This document shows, in pieces, positions 1-9,936 of a DNA stretch of 64,000 nucleotides. A program made the translations under genes and the position numbers. The notes under the pieces are model-generated. The model saw nothing but the letters and a program-made list of their open reading frames with translations. It was not told where the DNA came from and did no database searches. The stretch lies in the IMG/VR virus record IMGVR_UViG_3300023174_005338, positions 186,001 to 250,000 of that record. One strand, written 5' to 3'. Positions within the stretch are counted from its first letter, which is position 1. Every line of letters starts with the position of its first letter.

Positions 1-701
1 AAGATATCTGGCCTGTAATGCAGGATCAGTACCGGGCCAACGACAATGATCACTCATTGAATATCTATGCTGTGCTAGATGCTATCAACAAGCACAGTCG
101 TCCTGAAGAGATTCTCATGGGTGATGCTGGCAGTATCAGCTACGCAGGTCCTGTTGCGCTGAATGCCAAGCCGGGTCAACGTTTTATTTTCAGTCCAGCA
201 CAGGCAGACATGGGCTGGGCACTGCCTGCCGCAATTGGTGCCAGCATGGCCAGCAGTCAACCTATCATCAGCATCATAGGTGATGGCAGTTTTATGAGCA
301 ATATCCAAGAACTTGCCACAGTCAAGCAACACGAACTCAATATCAAATTTGTCATACTCAACAACGCAGGTTATTTGAGTATCAAAAATACACAAACAAA
401 ATATTTCAACGGTCGTGTGCATGGTACCAGCTCAGAAACTGGTCTGTGGTTTCCTGATTTTATGAACGTTGCTTCTGCATTTGGTATGAGCTATGTTGAC
501 ATGAGGTCGGCATCCGACCTGGACCGGTTTCCAGAAATCCTTGCCATGACAGGGCCTTGCATCATTGATTGCCGTTGCCACACGGATCAAGAAATTCTGC
601 CAGCCCAGGCATTAAAGGATGGCAAGCAAGCAGGCCTGCACGACATGACTCCATTCATTAGTGACCAAGAACTGGCTCGAGAAATGATTGTTAAAATTTA
701 A
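1..701 (+). CDS. ThDP-binding protein (acetolactate synthase-like), C-terminal part; 5'-truncated by the window
   Basis: ThDP motif GDGSF...VILNNAGY; DAGS and QADMGWALPAAIG segments; frame open back to base 3. Confidence 0.85.
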   Translation, partial: DIWPVMQDQYRANDNDHSLNIYAVLDAINKHSRPEEILMGDAGSISYAGPVALNAKPGQRFIFSPAQADMGWALPAAIGASMASSQPIISIIGDGSFMSNIQELATVKQHELNIKFVILNNAGYLSIKNTQTKYFNGRVHGTSSETGLWFPDFMNVASAFGMSYVDMRSASDLDRFPEILAMTGPCIIDCRCHTDQEILPAQALKDGKQAGLHDMTPFISDQELAREMIVKI

Positions 702-707
702 AACACC

Positions 708-1382
708 ATGTCATACCAAAAGATTCCTGGATTAGAAAACTTGGTTGAATTAAGAGACAGTTCACGGTACCCAGAATTAAAAAATCTGTGGTGGCCTCAA
801 TATGATCAGAGCATGTGGAGTTATATGCACAAGCACCGTATCGCGCCAGAATTTTTTGATCAGCTGATGACGCATGTCACTGGCACTGGTGTCGTGGTAC
901 AAGCTGGTGGCAACTGTGGACAGTATGTACGACAGTTTAGTCAACGATTTGACACTGTGTATACATTTGAACCAGATCCAACAAATTTTTTGTGTTTGAC
1001 TTTGAACTGCGGCGACAATGTGATAAAAACACAGGCCTGTGTAGGCAATGAAAGAAAATTTGTAAACACGAGCAAAGGCCATGATTCGGGCGCAATTCAC
1101 GTAAGCGGCCCAGGTAACTTATACACAGTGATCATTGATGACATGGATCTGCCGGCCTGTGATCTCATACAGTTGGACATTGAAGGTTACGAATATTTTG
1201 CCTTGTTGGGAGCTCGACGTACCATTGAACGATATCATCCTTTGCTCATGTTAGAATGGTGTGCGCCTTGGGCCAAGAGATATGGCGTGAGTTTTGAACA
1301 ATTTGAGAAATTGTTGGGCGATCTCGGCTACCGCCAAATTTTGACCAACATGACTGATTGCATTTACAAATACCAACCATGA
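708..1382 (+). CDS. FkbM-family SAM-dependent methyltransferase
   Basis: VVQAGGNCG, FEPDPTNF and LIQLDIEGYEYFAL motifs. Confidence 0.8.
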   Translation: MSYQKIPGLENLVELRDSSRYPELKNLWWPQYDQSMWSYMHKHRIAPEFFDQLMTHVTGTGVVVQAGGNCGQYVRQFSQRFDTVYTFEPDPTNFLCLTLNCGDNVIKTQACVGNERKFVNTSKGHDSGAIHVSGPGNLYTVIIDDMDLPACDLIQLDIEGYEYFALLGARRTIERYHPLLMLEWCAPWAKRYGVSFEQFEKLLGDLGYRQILTNMTDCIYKYQP

Positions 1383-2317
1383 AAACAGCATTGATTACCG
1401 GAGCCAATGGATTCATTGGTCACTACTTAGTAGAAGAATTCGCCAAAGATCACAGTGTGATCTGCGTGGTACGACCAGGCTCCACCAATATGGAACGGAT
1501 CAATCACTTGCAGGATCGTGTCACTGTGATTGAGCACGACATCAAAAATCCTTGTAGACACTTGCCAGCGGCGGATATTATATTGCATGCTGGTGCCAAC
1601 CCCAGTTCGGCCGACAGCCTAAGTGATCCCACAGCATCTGTCATGGACAATGTGCTGGGTACGTTGAACCTGTTGGAACATGCACGTCATACCGGAGTTG
1701 AAAGATTTGTTTATTATAGCAGTGCCGAAGTGTTTGGTCCCATATCCATTGGACACGACAGTCAACCAACTGATGCCTACAACAGCAACAGTCCTTATGC
1801 GGCTGGCAAAGCCGCCGGAGAAGAACTGTGCCTGGCCTATGCCAATTCGTTCAATGTCCCTGCCAGCATCATACACATCAACAATACCTTTGGGCCACGT
1901 TGCCAAAGCAATCGCTTGCCGGTGATCATTGTACGCAAATTACTCAACAATGAAACCTTGGACATACACGTGGGTCCCAGCCAATTGATTGGTGGCCGCC
2001 GTTGGTTCTACGCCGGCGATGTGGCCAGCCACACTCGATTTATCCTAAAGACCCAATCCGCCCGTTGTGAAAAATGGAACAGTGCCGGCAACAAGTTTAT
2101 CAACAATCTTGAATTTGCCCAACACATTGCCCAAATAATGGGCCGCGAACTACAGTATCGTTTGATTCCAGTTGATCGTCCTGGGCATGACTTGTGTTTC
2201 AGTGTGGATCCTGGAAAATTATATGAACTAGGCTGGCAAGCACCCAATACCCATGAACAACGGTTAACCCAAACGGTTGAATGGTATATAAACAATCCCA
2301 AATGGCTCTTACGATAA
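1379..2317 (+). CDS. NAD-dependent epimerase/dehydratase (NDP-sugar dehydratase-like SDR)
   Basis: TGANGFIG Rossmann motif, YYSSAEVFG, catalytic YAAGK, NNTFGP; ATG at 1379 overlaps upstream stop. Confidence 0.9.
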   Translation: MKTALITGANGFIGHYLVEEFAKDHSVICVVRPGSTNMERINHLQDRVTVIEHDIKNPCRHLPAADIILHAGANPSSADSLSDPTASVMDNVLGTLNLLEHARHTGVERFVYYSSAEVFGPISIGHDSQPTDAYNSNSPYAAGKAAGEELCLAYANSFNVPASIIHINNTFGPRCQSNRLPVIIVRKLLNNETLDIHVGPSQLIGGRRWFYAGDVASHTRFILKTQSARCEKWNSAGNKFINNLEFAQHIAQIMGRELQYRLIPVDRPGHDLCFSVDPGKLYELGWQAPNTHEQRLTQTVEWYINNPKWLLR

Positions 2318-2347
2318 TTGACAAACAGTAGAAAATTACTGTATAAT
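2318..2347 (+). promoter_or_regulatory. sigma70-type promoter
   Basis: TTGACA-18 nt-TATAAT; ATG follows at 2353. Confidence 0.75.
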
Positions 2348-2352
2348 AGTAT

Positions 2353-2883
2353 ATGAAGAAAATATATTATACTTGGTCGGATATTGAAAGTCAAACACAA
2401 GAAATCCTACGACAGATCCATTTAGACGCCTGGCGCCCGGACTATGTTGTAGGACTCACCCGCGGCGGACTTGTTCCAGCCAACCTGATCAGCCAGTATC
2501 TTGAGTGTAGAATGGAAACACTCAAGGTCAGTTTGCGTGATGGCGCAGAGCAGGAAAGCAACTTGTGGATGGCCGAAGATGCGTTTGGATGGCCCAAAGA
2601 AGCCAGCGGTGTCAGTGAAGAAAGCAAAAAGAACATATTGATTGTAGATGACATCAACGATTCAGGTGCTACACTCAACTGGATTCGCGATGATTGGATG
2701 AGTAGTTGTTTTGCTACCAGTCCGGTGTGGGATGAGATATGGGGTCACAATGTGCGTGTGGCTGTGTTGGTTGACAACGAATCAAGCAAGAATGAAATTC
2801 CTGTGAGCTACAGCGCAGTTGATCTAAATAAAGCTGAAGAAGATTGTTGGATTGTTTTTCCTTGGGAAGATTGGTGGAAATGA
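2353..2883 (+). CDS. Type I phosphoribosyltransferase (purine PRT/Gpt-like)
   Basis: VVGLTRGGLVPA and PRPP loop ILIVDDINDSGATL; C-terminal WIVFPWE. Confidence 0.85.
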   Translation: MKKIYYTWSDIESQTQEILRQIHLDAWRPDYVVGLTRGGLVPANLISQYLECRMETLKVSLRDGAEQESNLWMAEDAFGWPKEASGVSEESKKNILIVDDINDSGATLNWIRDDWMSSCFATSPVWDEIWGHNVRVAVLVDNESSKNEIPVSYSAVDLNKAEEDCWIVFPWEDWWK

Positions 2884-3074
2884 AGATACATTATAGAAAA
2901 CCTACGTTGTTAGAACAAATGACAGACGCTATTCGTGACACCAAAAAACCCATTGATTATTTTGAGTTGTCAGATGAAGAGCTTAACGCCAATTACAGCA
3001 ATTTTGATAGGACTATAAAAGATAAAGTTATACACTATTCATACAAGGGTGTTCCGGTAAAGGTTAAAGAATGA
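2880..3074 (+). CDS. Hypothetical protein
   Basis: Start/stop overlaps with both neighbours. Confidence 0.6.
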   Translation: MKIHYRKPTLLEQMTDAIRDTKKPIDYFELSDEELNANYSNFDRTIKDKVIHYSYKGVPVKVKE

Positions 3075-3946
3075 AAATAAAAGTCAGTGAAATATTTTAT
3101 AGTCTACAAGGCGAAGGTCGCTTTGTGGGTGTTCCCAGTGTGTTTTTACGGACCTATGGTTGCAACTTTACCTGTGCAGGATTTGGATGCAAGTCAGGAG
3201 AAAAGTCAACAGGTGCCGACGATGTGGCCGAAGTTGTGCATTTATATAACCGGTTTGAAGAACTGCCCTTGGTAGAAACCGGGTGTGATTCCTACGCAAG
3301 TTGGCATCCGGCATTCAAACATTTGAGCCCTACACAGACCACAGAAGAGTTGGTAGAACGCATGTTGGCACTGACTCCCAACAACATGTGGCAACAGAAC
3401 AATGGCAACGACGTGCATCTTGTGATCACAGGTGGAGAACCTTTGCTGGGATGGCAACGTGCCTATGCAGAACTGCTGAGCCATCCTAGGATGGCAGACT
3501 TGAAAAACATCACATTTGAAACTAACGGCACACAGGAACTACACAAGGACTTCCGTCACTTCTTGTTGGATTGGACATTAAATCCTAAATTAGGAAAGAA
3601 AGGTCCATCGGCCTTGACGTTCAGTGTAAGTGCTAAACTTTCAGCATCGGGTGAGTCATGGGAAGATGCCATCTGTCCAGACATTGTGATGAGCTATGCC
3701 GACATCGGACACACTTATCTAAAGTTTGTTGTGGAAACCGATGAGCATATTGTGGAGGCCATACGTGCCACGGATGCATATCGCCGTGCAGGATTTACTG
3801 GTGCAATCTATTTGATGCCACAGGGCGGAGTTGTTGAGCCATATGATAAAAATAAAAAACGCATAGCAGACATCTGCTGTCAGCAGGGCTGGAACTACAG
3901 TCCTAGATTGCATGTGGATCTCTGGGGCAACGGCTGGGGCAAATGA
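3071..3946 (+). CDS. queE: 7-carboxy-7-deazaguanine synthase QueE (radical SAM)
   Basis: SEIFYSLQGEG...FLRTYGCNFTC, VITGGEP, FETNGT, SPRLHVDLWG. Confidence 0.85.
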   Translation: MKIKVSEIFYSLQGEGRFVGVPSVFLRTYGCNFTCAGFGCKSGEKSTGADDVAEVVHLYNRFEELPLVETGCDSYASWHPAFKHLSPTQTTEELVERMLALTPNNMWQQNNGNDVHLVITGGEPLLGWQRAYAELLSHPRMADLKNITFETNGTQELHKDFRHFLLDWTLNPKLGKKGPSALTFSVSAKLSASGESWEDAICPDIVMSYADIGHTYLKFVVETDEHIVEAIRATDAYRRAGFTGAIYLMPQGGVVEPYDKNKKRIADICCQQGWNYSPRLHVDLWGNGWGK

Positions 3947-4176
3947 GTCCAATACCAGAACGTGTCAATCGCCCCGATGGTGCATTCTACATGCGTGCTG
4001 AGTGGAAACTGTGTAGGGTGGTATGGCCCAAGACCTGTGAGATCACAGGACGTAGACTATGGCCCGGAACCATGGCCTATCGTGGCATTGCTACCTGGAC
4101 CGGTCCGGGGGAACCTGTTTTAGAAGAACACTGGCATGATCGTCAGGAACATTTAATGTGGCAACTAAAGGAATAA
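3943..4176 (+). CDS. Hypothetical protein
   Basis: ATGA-coupled to queE in the same operon. Confidence 0.6.
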   Translation: MSPIPERVNRPDGAFYMRAEWKLCRVVWPKTCEITGRRLWPGTMAYRGIATWTGPGEPVLEEHWHDRQEHLMWQLKE

Positions 4177-4179
4177 ACT

Positions 4180-4935
4180 ATGAAACAACTTGCAAATCAA
4201 ATCGCAGAATGGATCAAGAACTATGCCAACAATGCTGGCATCCAGTCATTGGTGGTGGGTATATCGGGCGGAATTGACAGTGCTGTGGTCAGCGCACTGT
4301 GCGCCCGAACAGGGTTGAACACCGTGGCAGTGACCATGCCCATACGCCAACGTCCGGATCTACACGATCTCAGCATGCGCCAAGGTGCCTGGTTGGCACA
4401 ACACTTTGACAATGTACGGCATGAAATCATTGATTTGACTTCGACCTTTGATGAGTTTGAACAGCGTCTTGCCTCCTATGCTAATTTGTTGGGCATGGCC
4501 AACAGTCGCAGTCGACTGCGCATGGTTACCTTGTATCAAATTGCCCAAAGTGTTAATGGCATTGTAGTGGGCACAGGCAACAAGGTAGAAGACTTTGGTG
4601 TGGGATTTTATACTAAGTACGGCGACGGTGGCGTGGATATCAGTCCCATTGGTGACCTGCTCAAAACCGAAGTTTGGGATTTGGGCCGTGAGTTAGGTAT
4701 CCTGCAAGACATCATTGATGCGGCGCCCACAGATGGACTGTGGGATGATGGACGCACTGATCAAGATCAATTGGGTGGACTGACCTATGCTGAACTTGAG
4801 CTGGCCATGGCCCAAGACGAAGGTAGTAAACTGGTCAAAAATGGGCTGGAACTAGAACGCTTGCAAAAGTATCAAGCCTTGCGTGCTCGTAGCCTACACA
4901 AAATGCAACCTATTCCGGTGTTCAAAAAATCTTAG
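4180..4935 (+). CDS. nadE: NH3-dependent NAD+ synthetase
   Basis: PP-loop SGGIDS, NSRSRLRM, GTGNKVE, YTKYGDG, DISPIGDL, APTDGLW; no glutaminase domain. Confidence 0.92.
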   Translation: MKQLANQIAEWIKNYANNAGIQSLVVGISGGIDSAVVSALCARTGLNTVAVTMPIRQRPDLHDLSMRQGAWLAQHFDNVRHEIIDLTSTFDEFEQRLASYANLLGMANSRSRLRMVTLYQIAQSVNGIVVGTGNKVEDFGVGFYTKYGDGGVDISPIGDLLKTEVWDLGRELGILQDIIDAAPTDGLWDDGRTDQDQLGGLTYAELELAMAQDEGSKLVKNGLELERLQKYQALRARSLHKMQPIPVFKKS

Positions 4936-4985
4936 TCTGTGCTGATTCTCCAGATAAATTAGTGACATACTGATCAAAGGAAACC

Positions 4986-6224
4986 ATGGCAAAAATTGGA
5001 TTTGTAGGAATTGGAAAATTAGGGTTGGACTGTGCAGAAGTCTTTGCAGAAAAACACGAAGTACGCGGTTACGACATTCACCCACGCACCAGCGATAGTG
5101 TAAAAGTATGCGGCATTGAAGAATTAGTCAAAGAAAGTGAGTGGATTTTTATTGCTGTGCCTACTCCGCATGCTGAAGGCTACGATGGCAGTGTTCCAAG
5201 CAGTCACATGACTCCCCGAGACTTTGGTCACGATGCTGTTATTGATGCCATTAATAAAGTCAATCAATTTGCTACTACATCTAAAAAAGTCGTGTTGATT
5301 AGTACAGTATTGCCGGGAACGACTCGCAACAAGTTTGTTCCTTTGTTGGATTCCAAACACGAGTTTGTTTACAATCCTTATTTGATCGCCATGGGTTCGG
5401 TCAAGTGGGACATGGTCAATCCAGAAATGATCATGCTGGGCACTGAAGATGGTAACCTAACCGGCGTTGCCAGTGAACTTCACGACCTGTATGAAACCAT
5501 CATGCAGAACAATCCACGCTACGAAGTTGGCACCTGGGACGAGTGTGAAGCCATAAAGATTTTTTACAACACATTTATCAGTGCCAAAGTTGGCCTGGTC
5601 AATATGATCCAGGACTTTGCTATGAAGATTGGCAATATCAATGTGGATGTTGTGACCAATGCCCTGGCTCGCAGCACCATGCGTATCATGGGTCCTAAAT
5701 ACATGACAGCAGGCATGGGCGATGCAGGTGCTTGCCATCCCAGAGACAACATTGCTCTGCGTTGGTTAGCAACGGAATACAACATTGGCTATGACCTGTT
5801 TGACACAGTGATGCATGCTCGTGAAATCCAAGCACGAAATTTGGCCTTGTTCTTGGTCGAGCAGGCCGAGAAACACAACTTGCCTATTGTGATCCACGGC
5901 AAGGCCTACAAGCCTGACGTTGAATATTGTATCGGTAGCTATAGCACATTAGTTGGATTTTATGTAGCCGAAGCCGGTCATCGTTGTTATTATGTGGATC
6001 CCTTGGCCGATGACACAACCGATGTGGTCAATGATTTTGATCAGCCAGCAGTGTTTCTATGGGCACACAATCGCAAGATCACGTATGAATACACCGGTAA
6101 CACACCTGACACGCAACCGTACTGCAAAATTGAATCCGGCAGTGTTATAGTTGATCCGTGGCGTAAATTACCTGTTGACATGCCGGACATAACTGTGGTG
6201 CACTACGGCAATACTAGATTCTAA
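4986..6224 (+). CDS. UDP-glucose/GDP-mannose dehydrogenase family protein
   Basis: GIGKLG, AVPTP, STVLPGT, KIFYNTFIS, catalytic GGxC-like DAGACHPRD, GKAYKP. Confidence 0.88.
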   Translation: MAKIGFVGIGKLGLDCAEVFAEKHEVRGYDIHPRTSDSVKVCGIEELVKESEWIFIAVPTPHAEGYDGSVPSSHMTPRDFGHDAVIDAINKVNQFATTSKKVVLISTVLPGTTRNKFVPLLDSKHEFVYNPYLIAMGSVKWDMVNPEMIMLGTEDGNLTGVASELHDLYETIMQNNPRYEVGTWDECEAIKIFYNTFISAKVGLVNMIQDFAMKIGNINVDVVTNALARSTMRIMGPKYMTAGMGDAGACHPRDNIALRWLATEYNIGYDLFDTVMHAREIQARNLALFLVEQAEKHNLPIVIHGKAYKPDVEYCIGSYSTLVGFYVAEAGHRCYYVDPLADDTTDVVNDFDQPAVFLWAHNRKITYEYTGNTPDTQPYCKIESGSVIVDPWRKLPVDMPDITVVHYGNTRF

Positions 6225-6235
6225 CAAGGATACTC

Positions 6236-6625
6236 ATGGGACTATTTGATCGTTTTTTAAAGAAGAAAAAACCTGAGACCAAGGCCGAGCCAAGGCCTAA
6301 AAAAGTAGAAAAGACAGAAAAAGAACTGGCCAACGAACGTGGCGAACCTTGGGTGACTGTGATCAGTATGGACGTGGATCCCGACAACATGCAGGCCGGA
6401 TCATTTGAGCTAGACTGGAATGACAAATTTGTGGCCAACCTGGTGCGTGCAGGTTACCAGATGAATGCCAAAGATACTGACAGTGACATCGTAGATCGTT
6501 GGTTTACTGCTGTGTGTCGTAACATAGTGTTGGAAACCCATGAGCAGTACGAAGCCATGAATCCCGAACGCGATCGTGTGGTCAAAACTCGCAACCTTGG
6601 AGATGGCAGATCTGAAGTGTCATGA
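6236..6625 (+). CDS. Hypothetical phage protein
   Basis: 129 aa ORF with RBS AAGGA. Confidence 0.7.
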   Translation: MGLFDRFLKKKKPETKAEPRPKKVEKTEKELANERGEPWVTVISMDVDPDNMQAGSFELDWNDKFVANLVRAGYQMNAKDTDSDIVDRWFTAVCRNIVLETHEQYEAMNPERDRVVKTRNLGDGRSEVS

Positions 6626-7251
6626 CGTTATATGTCAATGGTGACAGTCACAGTCACGGAATGCATTTAAATCCTCATGAAAAATTTTCCAACATCGTGG
6701 CAAAAGAAATTGGATTCAGTGTTACAAATGCCGCTCATATTGGTGCAAGCAACGCTAGTATATTGCGTATCACCCAGGAATATATTGCAAGTGGAGCAAG
6801 TCCTGATTTTATACTGATTGGATGGACCACGTGGGAACGCGAAGAATGGTGTTATCAAAATCGGTACTACAATGTCAATAGTTCCGGACACGATCAATTA
6901 CCAACTGAGCTACAAGATTTATATAAAAAATGGGTGATAGAACAAACAGCAGAAACGTTGAATGTGAAGTCATTGTATTGGCACAATGAGATTTACAAAC
7001 TACATCAAGAACTCACAGAAAAAAATATCAAACATTTATTTTTTAATTGTATGTATAATTTTTTCCAACCCAATAATCAGCACGACTGGGGGACAACTTT
7101 TATTGGACCATACGATAATGATTCTAGTTATTACTGGTATCTACGCAATCAAGGATATGTCAGCGACAAATGGTATCATTTTGGATCTGACGGCCATGCC
7201 GCGTGGGCCCGTAAATTGATTAACTATATTAAAGAACACAATATTATATGA
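6622..7251 (+). CDS. SGNH/GDSL hydrolase-like protein
   Basis: LYVNGDSH block I, GASN block II, C-terminal HFGSDGH; paralogue of next ORF. Confidence 0.6.
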   Translation: MTLYVNGDSHSHGMHLNPHEKFSNIVAKEIGFSVTNAAHIGASNASILRITQEYIASGASPDFILIGWTTWEREEWCYQNRYYNVNSSGHDQLPTELQDLYKKWVIEQTAETLNVKSLYWHNEIYKLHQELTEKNIKHLFFNCMYNFFQPNNQHDWGTTFIGPYDNDSSYYWYLRNQGYVSDKWYHFGSDGHAAWARKLINYIKEHNII

Positions 7252-7952
7252 TGTTATATGTCAATGGTGACAGCCACACCGCTGGTGCCGAAGCCGTAAA
7301 TCCACATGCCTTTGCCCAAGACGATCCTGCATTATTTTATCTAGGGCGTAGTCCACATCCGGCCAATCTGGCTGTAAGCTGGGGGAAAATGGTAAGTCTT
7401 TCTCTAAGATCTGGATTTCGTTGCGACGCCGAAAGTGCCAGTAGCAACACCAGAATTATACGCACCACCCGAGACTGGTTAAACAGTGGCGGGCAGGATC
7501 ACCCAGATCAACTGATCATTATACAGTGGAGCACTTGGGAACGCGAAGAATGGTTGTACGACGGAATCTATTATCAAGTGGGGGCCAGCGGCACAGATCA
7601 TGTACCACAAGCTCTGCAAGAAAGATATCGCAACTATGTAATTGGCATTGATTGGCAACAAAAAATCCTTGAAGCACACAATGAAATTTGGAAATTTCAC
7701 CAGGAACTAAATGATCTGGGTGTTCACCATATTTTCTTTAATGGCAATAACAATTTTGATTGTATCACTGATTGTCGTGACTGGGGAACAAGTTATATTG
7801 GGCCCTATGATGCCAAAATGACCTATGATGCTATCATACGTAGCCAAAAAATAGGCACAGTTGCGCCCAATTCATGGCATTTTGGCAAGGACGGGCATAG
7901 CTATTTTCACCGTTTTATGTTACAATATATTATTGCAAACAAATTCATCTAA
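7248..7952 (+). CDS. SGNH/GDSL hydrolase-like protein
   Basis: LYVNGDSH, ESASSN, shared WSTWEREEW, HFGKDGH. Confidence 0.6.
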   Translation: MMLYVNGDSHTAGAEAVNPHAFAQDDPALFYLGRSPHPANLAVSWGKMVSLSLRSGFRCDAESASSNTRIIRTTRDWLNSGGQDHPDQLIIIQWSTWEREEWLYDGIYYQVGASGTDHVPQALQERYRNYVIGIDWQQKILEAHNEIWKFHQELNDLGVHHIFFNGNNNFDCITDCRDWGTSYIGPYDAKMTYDAIIRSQKIGTVAPNSWHFGKDGHSYFHRFMLQYIIANKFI

Positions 7953-7961
7953 GGTGGTGCT

Positions 7962-8972
7962 ATGCGGTATGTGCTGATTGACACAGCAAACATGTTCTTC
8001 CGTGCCAGACATGGTGCTTTTAGAGCCAGTGATACCTGGGAAAAAGTGGGTTTCGCCCTGCATGTGACCTTGATGGCTGCCAACAAAATGGCCCGGCGTT
8101 TTGAAGCTGATCACATGGTATTTGCCTTGGAAGGTCGCTCGTGGCGCAAGGACCTGTACAAACTCTACAAAAACAACCGCGCTGTGGCCCGTGCCGCACT
8201 CACAGAAGCCGAAGTTGAAGAGGACAAGATGTTCTGGGAAACCTATGATAATCTGACTAAATACTTGAGTGAGAAAACCAACTGTAGCGTGATTCGTTGT
8301 GCTACAGCCGAAGGCGACGACGTCATAGCTCGCTGGATCGCATTACATCCCCAAGACGAACATGTTATAGTCAGCAGTGACACTGACTTTGTTCAGCTAG
8401 TGGCACCCAACGTCAAGCAGTACAACGGAATCACCGACGAATTAATTACCACGGAAGGAATCTTCGATGCCAAAGGCAAAGCGGTTATCGATAAGAAAAC
8501 TAAAGAACCTAAGTCAACGCCGAACCCAGAATGGCTACTCTTTGAAAAGTGTATGCGAGGAGATAGCTCGGATAACGTGTTCTCAGCGTATCCCGGTGTC
8601 AGAACTAAGGGCACTAAGAACAAGGTTGGACTCCAGGAAGCGTTTGCGGACAAAGACAAAAAAGGTTACAACTGGAACAACATGATGTTGCAACGCTGGT
8701 TAGATCCCGACGGTGTGGAACACCGTGTGTTGGACGATTATGAACGCAATCGAACCTTGATTGATTTGACAGCGCAACCTGCAGACATCAAGGCTCTAGT
8801 GGATGCGGCCATACGTGAACAGATCAGCCACAAGGATGTGGGTCAGGTGGGAGTGCGATTCATGCAGTTTTGTGGCAAGTATGAACTGAACAAATGTTCG
8901 GAATCAGCCGACAGCTTTGGTCGCTGGATGAATGAAACATACAAAGGAGTGCTCAATGAAGCTAATAGCTAA
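7962..8972 (+). CDS. rnh: T4-like RNase H / 5'-3' exonuclease (FEN family)
   Basis: LIDTANMFFR, AEGDDVI, VSSDTDFVQL, GDSSDNVFS acidic motifs. Confidence 0.85.
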   Translation: MRYVLIDTANMFFRARHGAFRASDTWEKVGFALHVTLMAANKMARRFEADHMVFALEGRSWRKDLYKLYKNNRAVARAALTEAEVEEDKMFWETYDNLTKYLSEKTNCSVIRCATAEGDDVIARWIALHPQDEHVIVSSDTDFVQLVAPNVKQYNGITDELITTEGIFDAKGKAVIDKKTKEPKSTPNPEWLLFEKCMRGDSSDNVFSAYPGVRTKGTKNKVGLQEAFADKDKKGYNWNNMMLQRWLDPDGVEHRVLDDYERNRTLIDLTAQPADIKALVDAAIREQISHKDVGQVGVRFMQFCGKYELNKCSESADSFGRWMNETYKGVLNEANS

Positions 8973-9423
8973 ACCCGTGATAGACAAACAGTTTTGGATC
9001 TTGCAAGAAAACAATCGCAAGGTAGGCAATGTGGAAGCCTGTGCCGGAGGATATCAAGTCCGGCTCAACAATCAAGTGGAGCAATTTAAAACTATTAAAA
9101 TGGCAGCTCAACGAATCAACATACAGTTTGAATCTGCTGTAAAATTATCCAAACCCAAGGCCACCGTGGACCAGGTGCATGGATATCCAGTCAGCGGTCG
9201 AGTTTATAATCCCATGTGGGATGTCACTCGGCAGTTGCCAGTGTACACCAAGACAGCCAAGAGCAAGAGTTGGTTTGCCGCCGGATGGTATCGTGTGCGC
9301 AAAGGAAAAACCTGGCGCACCGTGATGTGCCCAAAATTGATCGTGATACAACGTTATCCTTATCAAGGACCATTTATGACTCAGGAGGCGTCCAATGACC
9401 ATGCACTTACAGAAGTTCGTTGA
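8956..9423 (+). CDS. Hypothetical phage protein
   Basis: ORF overlapping rnh stop; GGAG upstream of ATG 8956. Confidence 0.7.
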   Translation: MKLIAKPVIDKQFWILQENNRKVGNVEACAGGYQVRLNNQVEQFKTIKMAAQRINIQFESAVKLSKPKATVDQVHGYPVSGRVYNPMWDVTRQLPVYTKTAKSKSWFAAGWYRVRKGKTWRTVMCPKLIVIQRYPYQGPFMTQEASNDHALTEVR

Positions 9424-9604
9424 TCGTGTGCGTGGTCACGAAGCCCGCGGATCTCGAGACTTTGTGATGACCATGAACGAAGCCAAGGATCTACATGCCG
9501 ACATCACGCGACTACTAATCAACCTACAGACCCTACAAGAACAGGCAATAAAAACCAACAATAACGAGGTGGTACAGGTGGAAATAGGCGGCGGCCAGTT
9601 CTAA
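9395..9604 (+). CDS. Hypothetical protein
   Basis: RBS CAGGAGG upstream; start 9395 or 9401. Confidence 0.65.
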   Translation: MTMHLQKFVDRVRGHEARGSRDFVMTMNEAKDLHADITRLLINLQTLQEQAIKTNNNEVVQVEIGGGQF

Positions 9605-9644
9605 AATATACCTATATTTTGCCATAAATAAATGTAGGAGTTTA

Positions 9645-9935
9645 TTGATGAGCCGACCCAAACCCACTGTGTTAATTGAAGTAACAAACAAGAGTACCTA
9701 CAAGACCGAGCAAGTGTTGGCTTCAGAAGGTGTGTGGGCCGTGTTCTACGACAACAAGCCCATCAATCTCAAAACATTCAATCTCCTAGTGCAGTATCCT
9801 GGACCCAAATACAAAAAGGTCAGTTTTTCAAATCCCGGTCATGCCAGAAATCTTGCCAAGAAACTCAACACACAGTTTAAAACCGATCGGTTCACGGTGG
9901 TGTTGCTTCGTACCGGTGACCAGGTATATCCTTGA
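9645..9935 (+). CDS. Hypothetical phage protein
   Basis: Preceded by CATAAATA (9623-9630) and AGGAG. Confidence 0.7.
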   Translation: MMSRPKPTVLIEVTNKSTYKTEQVLASEGVWAVFYDNKPINLKTFNLLVQYPGPKYKKVSFSNPGHARNLAKKLNTQFKTDRFTVVLLRTGDQVYP

Positions 9936-9936
9936 T

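Noticed and set aside
2353-4935. Known NARP1/NARP2 NAD reconstitution pathway
   Set aside because: The PRTase is a short type I purine-like enzyme, not Nampt or Adps; no Namat/Nmnat recognised.
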